64,000 bases of DNA from Eledone cirrhosa (taxonomy: Eukaryota), in contig OZ024740.1 of assembly GCA_964016885.1 (NCBI GenBank), positions 190,588,001-190,652,000 of the forward strand, given 5' to 3'. The translations under genes were made by a program, and so were the position numbers. Shown here one piece after another: positions 45,560 to 61,610 of this stretch. Within the stretch, counting starts at the first letter, position 1, and each line of letters starts with the position of its first letter. Under the pieces are notes generated by a model. It had not been told where the DNA came from. It ran no database searches and worked only from the letters and a program-made list of their open reading frames with translations.

Positions 45560-46600
45560 CAAAGTTATACGAAGTCTGAAATTACGAGGTTTGTTGCCTT
45601 TTCATGAGCCATAGTTGGTGGGGTTTAAATAAACTAGACTTTTACCGGCAAAGTATGATAACCAGAAAATCGTGGAGGGTATCATTCAGCAGATACCATA
45701 TAGAACATTCTAGGTAAAATAGAGCACATTTTACGTCAGCGTGAATGTTTCCGATTCACCTATATCGCCCAAATCTTTCACTGACATAACCATCATGGAA
45801 CTGGCAAATGTTTCTACATCAGTCGGAATTTTCCATTATCTTCCAATAGTCAAATAACAGAACACAATAAATAGGTTAATATGCTGCTCCTGGCATTTCA
45901 CCTTCCAGCAAATGACATAACTAGTTGGAGGAAGTTGAATTAGTTAAACTAAACATGTCTGGCTATTGCTTTTCGTTTTGAAGATGTAAATTATTTTCAT
46001 AGCTTTCAACTGTTTCCATACTGTTCTTTCGTGTTTCTATAAAATGGAAGAGATCAGTCAACTGCCGCATCATTAGTGTGTCTCCTGCTTTGTAGATTTC
46101 AGGAGAGATCGTATCAGATGTTGCTGCTTTATTAAATGAGAGTTCACTGATTTTTTTTTCTGATTTCTTCCTCAATATGTGGTCATGAATATACTGCCTG
46201 AATACTATCACTTGTAGGCAACACCATCATTGATTCATTCAGAGTGGTTGGGAAATGGTTCCTTTATAGAGTATACGCAGAGGAGCGTCGCGGAAACAGT
46301 GGGCAACGGTCCATACACAACATTCATCGTATAAACGATTGATGGCCCGGCAGCCTGCATAGGCATTTAATGCTGTGGTTTCTTCTGCACATTTTCTCGG
46401 ACATCATTATATGGAATCATTCCAGCCTAGGCTTCTCTAAAAACTGTGGTTGTACATCTTTCCTCGTTCTCATCGAATACATCTTGATTTCTACGGATTG
46501 CTAATCCGCAATGTCCAAGAGTGAGAGTGTCTGACATTTGGCTCATGTCGTTCAATAATGGTAAGGATATCTTCGGTTGTGACGGAAAACCCTCTATCTA
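45560..46600 (-). mobile_element. Degenerate RTE (BovB-like) LINE fragment
   Basis: NQDVFDENEE; ISELSFNKAATSDTISPEIYKAG..LTDLF. Confidence 0.65.
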
Positions 46601-47471
46601 GATATCTACGAAATGTTTCTGTTGTCAGAGAAGCACTGATTCTTCAGAGAATTCCCACATCAACGCAAAAAATGCAGAGACACACACATATTCATATATA
46701 ATTTACAATGTTTCTGTACTACATTTGTCACTATTTATTTTCGCTCAGATATTTGATATTTATCTTGTCAAAATATATAATGAATCGAGAAGAAAATATA
46801 AATCATTATTAGCTAAAGATAGATAGGTAGGTATGTAGAGCGTTCGAAAAGTAGGGAGATAGATAGACAGTTAGAATAGATAGAAAGATTGAGATATAGA
46901 TAAAAATATGGAGAGGTAAATAGATAAAATGCTTTATAGAATAATAAGCTAGACAAACAAACAGCAGTAAAAACGGGTATATATGAAGACATATAGATAG
47001 TTAGGTAGGAAGTTAAATAGAGATAGACAGATAGATAGATAAATAAAAATATACATACATACATACATATAACTCGCTTTTATTGATCGGAGATAGAAAA
47101 CTGTAGATAGCTGTTGCACTACCAATTACGTTCTTATAATCCGTCTGCTAAAATGAAATGAAGAGAAGAAGTCCCCACTGTAAATACATAGTCAAATCGA
47201 ACACTGAGTGTTTGTGAATTCCCTCATGTTTTTTCTTATTTTGTTATATATACATTTTAACAAATTCCGCTCATAATGCATTGATGACACCGATGTTATA
47301 ATATAGGGCATTATAACTAATCCATTAAATACGTGGTTAATAATCGTACTCCATGAAAAATAGCCCCGTCTGCATATTTATATATATAAATGGACCTGTT
47401 ATATTTATCTAAAGACATTTTTTCCAATGCCATCCCGCCCGTCACCTTAATCTATCTTATTACTCATTCTT

Positions 47472-47506
47472 TCTTCTGATGAAGGATTACATCCGAAACG
47501 TTAAGA
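47472..47506 (+). ncRNA. Intact minimal type I hammerhead ribozyme
   Basis: tctt-CTGATGA-a ggat tac atcc-GAAA-cg-TT-aaga; ~85 bp before (TA)n. Confidence 0.8.
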
Positions 47507-47583
47507 CCATCTTCCTGCTCTATCAAGCGTTAACCTAATATATCCCTAACATATACTGTACAGATAGTGTTGGTATGTCTGTT

Positions 47584-47654
<71 letters not shown>

Positions 47655-47655
<1 letters not shown>

Positions 47656-48461
47656 ATTCTTTTTGAATTTGCTACAGACGTAGAGGCAGTGACTTTCTCA
47701 ATGGCTAGGAATCCAGTCCACGCTTCGCTATTTCCTTTCCACTGAATTATTTCTTTAATAAGTTTCCAGAGTCCTCGCTATGCCTGGAGACTTACACGGA
47801 AAAAGACTTTCCTGATGACGGAATGACTTTCTGTATGTTTCTTCGGAAAATATATTTACTCCATTCCAGAAACTAATTAGTTGGAAGTGATTTTTTAGTA
47901 AGTAAGTTAATTTTATAATATTCTTATTTTACGTCTCTCATATTATTGTTCTGCAACCCCATACATTGAACCACAATGTTAAAGAGACAAAACCTATATA
48001 TTTGCTAACATTGGTATGCATCTGTGTGTATATAAATGTTACTAGATATAAATTCCTTATAATTATCTCCAATTCATTTGTCGAGCAATATTTGGCCACG
48101 ACTGCTACTATGGTGGTGGACTGGCCGCTGTCTTATTAACCACTCGCTTTCCACTGATTGACCTCGATGTCACGTGATTGGATTCTTTTTGAATTTGCCA
48201 CAGACGTAGAGGCAGTGACTTTCTCAATGGCTAGGAATCCAGTCCACGCTTCGCTATTTCCTTTCCACTGAATTATTTCTTTAATAAGTTTCCAGAGTCC
48301 TCGCTAAGCCTGGAGACTTACACGGAAAAAGACTTTCCTGATGACGGAATGATTTTTATATGTTTCTTCGGAAAATATATTTACTCCATTCCAGAAACTA
48401 ATTAGTTGGAAGTGATTTTTTAGTAAGTAAGTTAATTTTATAATTTTCTTATTTTACGTCA

Positions 48462-48465
<4 letters not shown>
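47655..48465 (+). mobile_element. Tandem ~525 bp HHR-bearing repeat (family A, second locus)
   Basis: Intact HHRs at 47806-47888 and 48332-48413: actttc-CTGATGA-c ggaatg..cattcc a-GAAA-ctaattag-TT-ggaagt. Confidence 0.88.
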
Positions 48466-48501
<36 letters not shown>

Positions 48502-48586
48502 TTGAACAAATGAAATTTCATTCCTCACTCTTAGTACGGCTGATACTTACATATAAGTATGTATACGTACATACACACACAGACAC

Positions 48587-48697
<111 letters not shown>

Positions 48698-48744
48698 CAT
48701 ACAGTAGTATGTATATACATACATACAAGCACGCATATATATAA

Positions 48745-49667
<923 letters not shown>

Positions 49668-50379
49668 TGTGTGTGTAGACGTGTGTGTGTGTGTAACACC
49701 TTTTGTATATATGTATTTGTTGTTGTTTTACTGTAATTCCATTCAGAATTTGCTTTTGTTCTTCCTAAATACAATTATTACTATTTCGTATATGAATCGT
49801 ATGAGAACGATCCTTTCCTAAACCCAATCCACAAATATATGGATGTGGTTGGAATATATACAATTAGATATCAGCTATGCACTAGTGTTTGTCGTAAAAT
49901 ATTTTGAAAACTTTCTTATTGGTGGAAACAAATGGTAAACTACTACGTAGTTGAAAATATAATTTGGAATTCGATTCCTTCCACGGAGATCTACTTATCT
50001 CGACAGTAATATAATATTAATATTATTCTCTATTTATGTTGAAGCGCTTTTCCCTCTTGATTTATAAGTTTTCATTAATGTACTCCATTATTCGTAACAG
50101 ATTGAATAGTATATATTGTAGCTGAATAAATCAATATAATTGTACTTAGTGTTTCTGTTGAATTTAAATGCATACAAAATAATACAAATCATCGTTTACG
50201 CAATTGGTCTCTTTTACATGCACCTACAGATATGATAATGATTAGAGTTAGGGGGTCGCCTACTATAAACTAGCTTTTGTTAAGGTAGGGTTTATTATAA
50301 TTTGGTTTCTTTCATTCGCACAGTATATACATAAACACACACACACATATACAAAGGTGCTTACATGCATATATACATT

Positions 50380-50525
<146 letters not shown>

Positions 50526-50537
50526 TGTGTATGGGTG

Positions 50538-50596
<59 letters not shown>

Positions 50597-51939
50597 TGCA
50601 AAAGGGAGAAATGTTCTGTACAAAACAGGGGTTAAGGGGTTATAGAGAAAAGGTGGAATCGGAAATAGCAAGGAAAATATATTTGAGTATCTGTTTTTCT
50701 TTTTACTGCTTTGATTCGTCAAAGTGACGTTATTGAAAAGATGAGACGAACAATTATTTTAAATTAATGAGTTTTATAATATATATAAAATATATAAAAT
50801 ATATCACATATAACCGGTTTCAATCTATGAGTGTATTGAAAATTAAGTGTCGCAAACGTATGTTCATCTTTCTTGTTGGGAAGACTGAGTCTAAAATGGA
50901 GCCTTATATATAGAGAGAGAGCAACGTAGCCATAGTATTAGTAGCCGATTTAGTATTGGTAGTTGTGTTTTTTCACAGAACAAAATTATGTTTAGGAGTA
51001 GTCTCAATTGATTTAAAGGATTGGTCAAACGTTCAGATGGGAGTGGCGCAGGTAGGGGGGGGGGGATCTAAGCTAGAGACTATTGATGTAAAGGAGAGAA
51101 ATAAATGAGAGGGGTAACTGGGATTGTCAAAAATATATATATAAATATGCGGTTGTGTGTGGTCGGTAATACACTGAGGTCGATTTCATACGACTTTCCT
51201 TTCCAAACAACTGTTGTCCTTATGCCTAAAGCAGGCGCCATTATTACAATCTTTGTCGTTGGTGGTATTATTGCTTTATTTATATTCGTATTAAGAAAGA
51301 AACAAAAGTAAACTTGCCACACACATACATAAAAAACATTCATATACTTTTAAATTTTGAGAACTACCACAAAGACAATAACAAATTCTCTTGTTTTCTG
51401 AACACTTGTGGATTGCCACAGTTTATATTCACTATACCAATTTACACCCACTTTTACCGCAAATATACCGCGAAATTCTGTGGCTTATCACGTAATCACC
51501 TTCATCGTATCAAATGATCATTTAAAGAGATACCAATTTCACCCCCCAAAACTGAAAGAACAATGACTCCCGAATGTTGGTGCGAATTTGCCAAGAAATT
51601 TGATCTTCCTCACCATATCAAATTGTACTGCAAACATATACCAATCTGAGCCACTTTTTGCATAAAACTGAAAGAATTCCAAACATCAATTAGATGCAAG
51701 TTACAAATTGGTATAGCCATACATCTTTTCATCTCTCGCAACGATGGAATAACATGAACCTTGTGAAATCGGTTAAATTATATATGAAATAATAATTTCT
51801 TTATAGAATATACAGATTGATAGAAAAAATAGATTGAGAAGAAAGAATGGAATGTTAAATAGGAACTTATAAAGAAGAAAGAATGGTATTTAAAATAGGA
51901 AAGTATGAGAAAAATACGGCAAGTTGTGTGGGGCAAGGA

Positions 51940-52115
51940 CTATGGTGTCATAGAAGAATAGAAAGATAGAGAGGGTGATTGGGCCTCGAGCGCAGCGGTA
52001 AAATGGCTATGCACCGTGGAGAAAATTGCAAAAGCATTCCCGCGGACAATGGCCAACGACACCCGCTGCAACAGGCACCCCACCTCACGTGGCACCTTCC
52101 CTCCTAGAAGGGCCG
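51940..52115 (-). mobile_element. CRE-like RLE non-LTR element 3' fragment
   Basis: EVGCLLQRVSLAIVRGNAFAI resembles the CRE-clade C-terminal QRxSxAxxRGNA motif. Confidence 0.6.
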
Positions 52116-52201
52116 CCGTGTACATAAATGATCTCAAAAACTTCAATTGATTTTTCAACTACTTCTTCTTGAAGTATGCATGTATGTGTCTACGTGTATA
52201 C

Positions 52202-52265
<64 letters not shown>

Positions 52266-52407
52266 ATACATCGAAACACACAAACATATTTATACATATA
52301 TGAATCAATGAAAAAAGTGGTAGTTGATTTGTAATAAACCATCTCTTATATATAACAGATGCCAAACACTCAATGGTATATATATATCCGGAGCATTATT
52401 ATAATAA

Positions 52408-52665
52408 TTAGCTGAAAAACCACCCTGCGGATGGTTTTCTGCTAGCATTTGTATTGCGCATATTGATATTAGCTTCGCCATCACCCGAGATAACAATGTG
52501 TGCTGGCTTGCCTCAAAAATCATTACAGACGTTGCCCAGTACTCCACGCTGATGTCATTTGCTCTGCTGGTTGTTAACCCCTTCCTTTACATTTTCTTTA
52601 ATATTGCAACGTTAAAGGAATACATCCTTCTGACAGAATCGCGAGCAATTTATAATGTTATCTAA
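52408..52665 (+). other. Possible exon or pseudo-exon of a 7TM-type membrane protein
   Basis: 85 open codons incl. NNVCWLASKII..LMSFALLVVNPFLYIFFN; acceptor-like ttttctgctag at 52445; AATAAA at 52766. Confidence 0.25.
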
Positions 52666-53175
52666 GCATTTGTAATGTTATTTATGTATATATTTAAAAC
52701 ATATATGTTATGTTATTCTACTGTAAATTTATTTATAGGGTTTGCTCCCATTTGTAACGTTATTTAATAAAATAAAAATGTGTATGCATGTAGATATACA
52801 TCAAATAATATCGTAATTAACAATATACACAGAAATTGAACGAATACTGCGTTACATTGTCTTACGTAATCAGTAACGTAATCCATGATGCACTAAAAAA
52901 GACGATATTATATATAAACTGCATTAGAACAATCAGTGACGGAAATATATGAATGTGTATTTAAGCGATCACTAGCCGTAAGTGACATTTGAACATTTTA
53001 AAGGAATGAATATTTAAATAAACAATAAAATGTAGTTAATCAACAACTACTAAATTTAGTAGATACATTATGTCATATTCATTTATTACTATTCAAAGTA
53101 ATCTAAATTATTTTACTAACTGGATTAAAAGAAATAAACAGTACGCATTTTCGCACTCATTACTTTATTATAGAT

Positions 53176-53290
53176 TGTTTCTATGTTTGGCAGAAGACCA
53201 GCGATTATCCCATTCTATTACTGGTGCTTTATTTTATCTACCTCATAAGGATGACAAGCAAATTTAACATCGGCGGGATTTCAACTCCGA
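53176..53290 (-). mobile_element. SINE fragment (Meta-type core)
   Basis: Reverse complement of the SINE core and tail. Confidence 0.75.
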
Positions 53291-53475
53291 CCATATTATA
53301 ATAATATTAGTAATGAACGAAAGAAATATCAGTGACCACCGAGCATATGCTTGGTGGTCACCGATCTGTCTACCTGCATATCAACAAAAAATATATATAT
53401 CATAGGTATTTTGTCTGAAGAGGACATATACTGGTTTATGTTATACATAAACATTAGCATATTCGAAAAATAAAT

Positions 53476-53594
53476 ATATAATGAAATAAATACAGATGAT
53501 ATAACATATATATCTTTCGTTTATTACTATTACATACATACATATGGAACAGGTAAAATAGTAAAAGAGTAAAAGAGTATATATATATATATAT

Positions 53595-53677
<83 letters not shown>

Positions 53678-53808
53678 GAAATAAATAGAGATGATATAAA
53701 GTATATATCTTTCGTTTATTACTATTACATACATACCCATGGAAAAGGTAAACGAGTAAGGGTAAAATAGTATACATCTCTATATATATATATATATATA
53801 TATATACA

Positions 53809-53852
<44 letters not shown>

Positions 53853-53955
53853 ACTCTTTTACTCTTTTACTCTTTTACCTTTTCCATAGGTATGTATGTA
53901 ATAGTAATAAACGAAAGATATATACTTTATATCATCTCTATTAATTTCATTATAT
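53476..53955. repeat. ~100 bp unit twice direct and once inverted, separated by (TA)n
   Basis: 53478-53580 ~ 53675-53777; 53848-53952 is the reverse complement. Confidence 0.85.
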
Positions 53956-56611
53956 ATATATATATATATATAATATATATATATATATGTACATAAATAG
54001 TTGATGCAGGAAACATTTTATGTTTTGGTAGAATTGAGAACTTAGCATTTTAATGATACATATATAACATCATATTATTTGTCTGCTTACACTTTGTTTT
54101 ATATGAAGCGTCTCTGAAGAATGTATATTATGTGAAATTATTCTTATCATATATAACAGATGAGGCAGATGGCAACTGTGCATAAAATTTGCATAACACA
54201 ACTATCTCAAAATGAAAAGATACAAATCTATTATGTCAAAACTTATTACTATACTTTCATTCAATTAGTTCTTTATAAAATGGATCCTTTCATGTGTCGC
54301 AGTTTATTTCTAGATAAATGATATCGTAATTCTTTTCGATTCCATGATTTAGATAACATGAAACGAAATTTCAAAGAAAGCTTCAAAATTCAATCAATCG
54401 AATCCTCACAGTAAATATTATATTCCTTTCACACTAGACATCCGATCGGAAAACAAAAACTGATTGAAACGAAAACAAAATTTTAGTAGATATTTATAGT
54501 AAAATAATTTTCTTATGTTTGAATAATTCCTATGTTCCTCTTTACTGGCAAATCCGTTCTGTAAAGCTCATTCTTCATTTCTTAATATGATCTCTTTTTT
54601 TTCTTTATAATTCTCAAATACATCCTCCCAAGTTCTCATTTTCCTTCCTTATTAATGAATACTTTTGGTTACGGCATTCATTACATCATGTGCATCTAAA
54701 TTCGTACTTTTCCCTCAATGAGTTATTTTCCATCCATATTATATGATTTATATTTCCAATCAAAAAAATATACCGTTGAGAAATATATGAAACTCCTCTT
54801 TATATAAATTATATTGACATTAACGAAAGACTAAATCAATTATCAATGGTATATAATTGTCTCATATAGTCCAATAACTCTATTGAAAATCCATAACTTC
54901 TATTGTGAATGTGAATATTAATTACTTGCCATTTCCCTGGGTCTCGCTGAAAAATACAAAGAAGTGTTCGTTTTCTTCCCCCAAATAAAAATGTATATTT
55001 ATTAATGAGTTATATTATACAAACGGCATTCAGTTTATTCCCCTATAATTTATTCATTTAAATTCCATATGGTTTGCTTAATTTAGTTATGTATTAATTT
55101 GTCAATTTTGCATATCATAGAAAATGAAATATCATAGAAGCTTATTTCATACATATACATCCCACTATGAATTGACCAATTGTCTAATGATTATGATGAT
55201 GAACATTTTGAAGCCTATCCATATGTATATATTTTTCTCTAAATAAAAGCCAGCTAGTGCATAAGAATGTAAATAAGTTTATAATTGTTGTTTAAATTAT
55301 CTTCTATTTATTAGTTATAGCTATCAGATATAACCAGGCGTTAGTTTACCTTCCGTAGAGCTTTCAATGGATTTAATATTTTTTCTCATGCATCTTGCAA
55401 CACATTAATTAGAGATTTAAAATTATGCCTGGCTTGATCTGTTATGTTTATCTTGGCTAGTATTATGTTTTAATAATCCACAGTATTCAAACGTATGTGT
55501 ACATCTTTCAACTTGATTATTGTCTATTTTCAATGCATGCAGCATTGAAAATAAATATGGGAATTCAATTCGACAAAAATATTCTCTGCCCTTCCTCTAG
55601 TCTATAAAGTCAGAAATTATTTTTCACAGCTAATTCAAATTAATATCACATTTCTTTAATTTGTTGCAATTATCTTTCACTTTTTCGAAGTCCCGCGAGA
55701 TAACACAGAAAGGTTTTCGTTTCAACTTGAAACGAAGAGGAAACGTTCTCAATTCAATGAGATATTTTACCACTTTCTTTTCATAAAAACTTACACTATG
55801 GTAACGTTAATCCATAATTTTCATTGATAATGAAGGAGAATTATTGACTTTAAAATAAAACCGGTTACATTTCTCCAGTCGTTGTTATGAAATTTGAATA
55901 TGGAATGCGATTGTGACACCATGAATATTTTTGTAATACATTTCAAAATATAAACCCTTCATAATTATATGCCAACCGTACGTTAACAGTTCAAATTCAT
56001 ACACTAAAGATATAGTACATGATTGTTGCTGGTTTGATATTTCAAATTATATTATGCTATTTTACGAATAAATGGTCAGGTCATATGTATATTGAGAAGA
56101 GAGAGTTTGTTGAAAGTTTGTTTAGTGGCTAGTCATATCCAGTTACCTTGAAGAATATTTTGCGCCTAAATTCTGTCAGAAGTGGATTTCGATTCATGTG
56201 GTACCTTATTCAGTACACGTCGTTTATTATGCTTACTTCCCAAATAGGGTATGTAATGCATATTCATTTAAAAAAAAATATGTCATTAATCATTTAATCA
56301 TCAAGCAATTTCCGTTTAAATCAATATTAAATATACATAACATTTGCGTTGAAATATTAGTGTGTGTGAAATCCAGAAACATAGACGTGTGGATGGTTAA
56401 ATATAGAAAGCTTTTGCTAAGAGTTTTGTTCCAATTTGGTAATAAAAGGTGACAACGATAACATTGATGCACGAGCATAATAAACGTCCCCACATCGCAT
56501 ATTTGCTTATAAAAAATTAGAATTATCTTTGTTATTGCTTTCAACAAATATCTGTTATCTGCTATGTACTTCATCACGGAGAGTCCTTGCATATTACATA
56601 CATTAGTGATA

Positions 56612-56778
56612 ATAATTGTTACTACTTTTGGCACAACGCCAGCAATTATCCCACTGTATTACTAGTACCTTATTCTATCGAACCAGTAAGGATGAAAGGC
56701 AAAGTTAACATCGGCGGGATTTGAACTCAGAATGGCAAGAGCCGTAACTCTATGCGTCAAAGCAATACTGCCAATCCA
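56612..56778 (-). mobile_element. tRNA-derived SINE
   Basis: ggatgaaaggcaaagttaacatcggcgggatttgaactc is the reverse SINE core/B-box. Confidence 0.85.
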
Positions 56779-57852
56779 ATAGTTTTAATAATATGGGCTA
56801 AACATTATAAAAGCATTGAAAAGCTTGAGCATTGCTTCACTGTCTGTGGTTGGTACATATTCTAAATACTGTAATAATATTAATCATTTTTGAAAGAAAA
56901 GAATATGCAATGTGAATTAAAAAGAATAACATATAGCAGTCTGCATCTGTAGGCACATTCATACGTGAGTGTGACAAATTCAGCCATATCTTACCAGATT
57001 AAACTGCAGATATTGCCACATTCTAGTAGTTTTTATTATCTCGTGAACACTGGTTAAGTCAAGAAACTTTAAAAAACATTCACAACTATCACTCGCTCAA
57101 TATCTCCCTCATGCATGTTATCTCAGACATTTCTAATTAAAACTGCAGTTGAATATTTTAGACTATAACAATATAACATATGTTTACTAAATAATGTATT
57201 AGTATTCTATGTTCATATAAATTAGTATGAAGAGATATAAAAAAAAAATTATTTCAAAAACATTAATATCCTCTTTAAGTCAGTCAATAGATTGATTAAT
57301 ATTATTTTAAAATTCTAATCAAATTATAATTTATAAATACATTACATAACGAGGCTTTTGGCTATTCCATATTTTAATTAGAAATTAGTTACATACAAGT
57401 GTTGTGTTGAATTTACTTATAAAACATTCTAGTAAACAAAGTTGAGGATGCACCTCTATTTTTGGAAGTTGTTCACCACTGTATTTAATTAGAGACGCAG
57501 CGGTAAACAATTTCTTAAGTGTGAAAATAACTTTTTTTAAAAGATGTTTCGCAGTTTTCAATACATGTTCCTAAAGGTAATTTAATCTTTAATTCTTCAC
57601 GGTAATCGGTAATTGGACCTATGGATGTATATCTGATGTATATATCCAACTTATTTAGCAGGATGAGAAAAGTAATCTTTTAATATCGTTCTCATCCACT
57701 ATACCCCTTATAGTTCTGATTGTTTCTGTCAGTACGTATGCCTTCCTGTCACACTCTCTCTCTCTATTTACATAGACCCACCCACACACACACACACATA
57801 TACATATACACACACACACGCATACATATATTTATATATATATATATATATA

Positions 57853-58192
57853 TACGATATTAAACAAATGGAAACTATATTTATAAAACCATATTTATTT
57901 GATTATACATATTTCAGGGATACCATATTAAAAATATGGCATTCCTTCGTGAGATAAAATACAATATATAAACAGTTTTATAAATAATGTTGACGTACCA
58001 TAATATAAGCGACCATTAAATTAGGAGGCTGCCTTGGTATCCCTGAAATATGTATAATGAAATAAATATGGTTTTATAAATATAGTTTCCATTTGTTTAA
58101 TATCGTATATCTACTCCAAAAACTTGTCGAGTGCTTTATATAAGTTATAAAATATTTACTTGTTGTAACCCAACAATTTTAAATAAAACTTT

Positions 58193-58196
<4 letters not shown>
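57853..58196. repeat. pLTR-like foldback, family of 31340-31535
   Basis: 57853-57926 inverted at 58034-58108; decayed HHR on minus 57895-57962. Confidence 0.8.
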
Positions 58197-58246
<50 letters not shown>

Positions 58247-58367
58247 GATAAATCTACCAAGAGTTTACGGTAGTGTCCAATCCGTATGAAGAACTCAATG
58301 TATTCCGGATATCATTATTTGTTTAATATTTTTTATATATATTTATATATATATATATATATATAAA

Positions 58368-58419
<52 letters not shown>

Positions 58420-58566
58420 TTTATATATATATATATATATAGTATATATATATTATACTATATATACTAATATATATATATATATATATAAATATATGTG
58501 TGTAATATATATATATATACTATATTATATATATAATATATACACTACATATATTTATTATATATA

Positions 58567-58641
<75 letters not shown>

Positions 58642-59390
58642 ATATGTGTATATAGATGTGTATGTATGTGTATGTGTGTACATATGGACTAGAGTATGTA
58701 TGTATATATGTGTGTGTCTATACGTGTGTATATAAAGATAAGTTGAGTATGAAAATGTATACACATGAGCGCGTATGTATGTACATGAATACATGTGTGT
58801 ATATATATGTGTATGCATGTGTGTATATATATATGTAAGTATGAATATGTGAATTGTGAGTATATGTATTTTGTAGAGGTGTGCAAATATATTTGTGTGT
58901 GAATGCGTGGGTGAAAGGATGCGTACACTTGAAAGAAAAATTTAAGTCTGAATGTTAATTAAGTGCAAACACAAAACCAACCACGCATATCTTGACTATC
59001 TCTAATCCTTCTATAGATTTAGAAAAATAACCAATAATATATTCTATAAAAAATGTCAAAACAACAGATGGGAATCTAATTACTCACTGCCACCAAGAAT
59101 TCTCACTGCTATCGAAAAACCACTCCTTCAACTATTCTTCTAACAACTTCACCCCTCCCTCCTAATATTCTCTATAAAAACTAAATAGGTCCTCAGTAAT
59201 ATTATTCTGATCAAATGACAGTAAATAATAACATTGAAATATTGAATGTCTGCATAACTAAAAGTTTGTAGATAGCAGCTGTTTTAGGTTATGTAACTGT
59301 TATAGAAACACCTGTCAATAAATTCCTTTCAACTAAACTGTATCCATTCAAATCTTTCTATATATATATATATATATATGCATATATGTG

Positions 59391-59433
<43 letters not shown>

Positions 59434-59954
59434 TTAAATTCGCATGAAAGTTATAGTAACACTTCATAACCCAGGTTGCGTTTATAGTGAATATAAGCGA
59501 ATAAGCGACTAGCTAAGCTAATAGTGTGTAAAATATATTTTTACCCACATTGTAATTGAACAAAGAATACTCATGATTCAGATGTCTTTTTGTATACTAC
59601 CACATGTTACGTAACCTCTCTTCTAAACGATGATGCAATCTACTACTGAAAATAAGGTTATATGTTTTAAAACAATCAATGGCGGCAGTTTGTAAGTAAA
59701 AATATATATGCACTTGTTTGTATACATGAAATAAATGACAGAATGTTGTTGTTTTGAGCGGCATGAATTATTCTTAACACTGACGCTATTACATGTCCTA
59801 CTGATGACCTTTTATTGCATATTTTGTTGTCTTTAATATTTCTAATATCTTTAATATTTTGATCATTGCATGGTATTTTGGGAGATGTGATCTCAAAATT
59901 TAATATTACCTTTCCTAAAGGAATGTTGTGATATGTGATTGCAATTGATTATTG

Positions 59955-59985
<31 letters not shown>

Positions 59986-60780
59986 CTTCTTCTTCTTCTT
60001 CTTCTTCTTCTTCTTCTTCTTCTTCTTCTTCTCCTTCTCCTCCTCCTCCTCATCCTCCCCATTCTCCTCCTCCTCCTCCTCATGCTCCTCCTCCTTCTTC
60101 TTATTCTTCTTCTTCTTCTTCTTCTTCTTCATCTTCTTCTTCTTCTTCATCTTCTTCTTCTTCTTCTTCTTCTTTTTCTTCTTCAATCACTTACTCCTGA
60201 GACGCTCGTGGATGTAGGATCCTCAAACCCTCTTTCCAGCGTGTCCTTTCATAATCAATCGTCTCCAACTGACCAGGCTAGATCCTGATGCTAGACAAGC
60301 CGATCCTCAGGATCTCATTCTGGATTTTACCCGTAAAATCTATCCATCGATTCTTTCCTGAGACATTCTAAACGCATTCCCATAATATCGGAGCTATGAT
60401 TTCTCAATTCGGAAATGTAGATGCTTTACCTGGAGTGATTCTATGATCCCCAAGCTACACATTTTACGATGTAACGTTACCCGCAAAACGCTTCAGATGA
60501 ATCCCATTTCGACTGTCTGTATTCACGACCGTATTAATTCGGTCCGTACTTAAGATTCCTGACCATATTTAAATGTTGGCATGAATACTGAATTGAAGTT
60601 AGCAAGTTTGGATCTTACGCCTATCTTACATTCGCTGATTACTGAATGCTGAAGCTAATGCATTACTACACCAGCTACAGCAATTCCTACAATTAATTCA
60701 GTTTCCTACCTTCTATCGCTCTTGAACACAGCTCGGTGACACTTGGACGTCTCCATCTGCTTCAATAGAACCCCATTCAA
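59955..60780 (-). mobile_element. Degenerate RTE-like LINE 3' end with long (GAA)n tail
   Basis: (TTC/TCC)n 59955-60185; adjacent minus-strand remnant ..LAWS..ERTRWKEGLRILHPR. Confidence 0.5.
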
Positions 60781-60904
60781 GTGTAGTCTACAATGCAACA
60801 GCTTCATTGGTTTTCATACCAGGCATGCAACGTTCAGCATTCCGCTTACCAACACATATATATATATTTTGAGTGTGGATGAGCGTCTGTATGTGTGTGT
60901 ATGC

Positions 60905-61012
<108 letters not shown>

Positions 61013-61017
61013 ATATA

Positions 61018-61088
<71 letters not shown>

Positions 61089-61195
61089 GTATATATATAT
61101 ATATATATATATCGTATATATATATACATATATATACACACACATACTTATACATACATAAATATATATATGCATATATATAATATATATATACA

Positions 61196-61257
<62 letters not shown>

Positions 61258-61344
61258 TATATAATTATATATATATATATATATGTATATATGTAAATCT
61301 GCGTTCTTCGAATATTAATAATTGTATAATAATATTCTATTATT

Positions 61345-61610
61345 TTGCAAATATGCAAACGACCTTTAAGCCATGTCAATAGAATGACTCCATCATTCTT
61401 TCACTTGAGTTGATCTATGAATAGAACGGCAAATTCTAATGTTTCTGGGTCATTACCCTTCATCAGTTCCTTATACTGTTTTTATTCCAACTGCAAGAGC
61501 TAGTGAAAATACATGAATATATATAAAATTATATAATATTTTCTGGAAAATACAGTGACTGATCGTCTACATCTGTATATCAGTAGATAGGCCAGTCAGT
61601 TTTAAGTATA
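61345..61610 (-). repeat. Family C HHR-bearing repeat, second copy
   Basis: Homologous to 8880-9130; minus CTGATGA-a gggt aatg accc a-GAAA-cattag at 61434-61466. Confidence 0.75.

Noticed and set aside
45536-45590. CTGATGA..GAAA hammerhead candidate
   Set aside because: No stem I complement or UH site in register
54200-56200. Microsatellite-free AT-rich stretch, possibly a decayed DNA transposon or exon cluster
   Set aside because: No long ORF or recognisable motif; needs a translated search
59893-60288. Poly-K/F/S/L ORFs
   Set aside because: (TTC)n simple repeat
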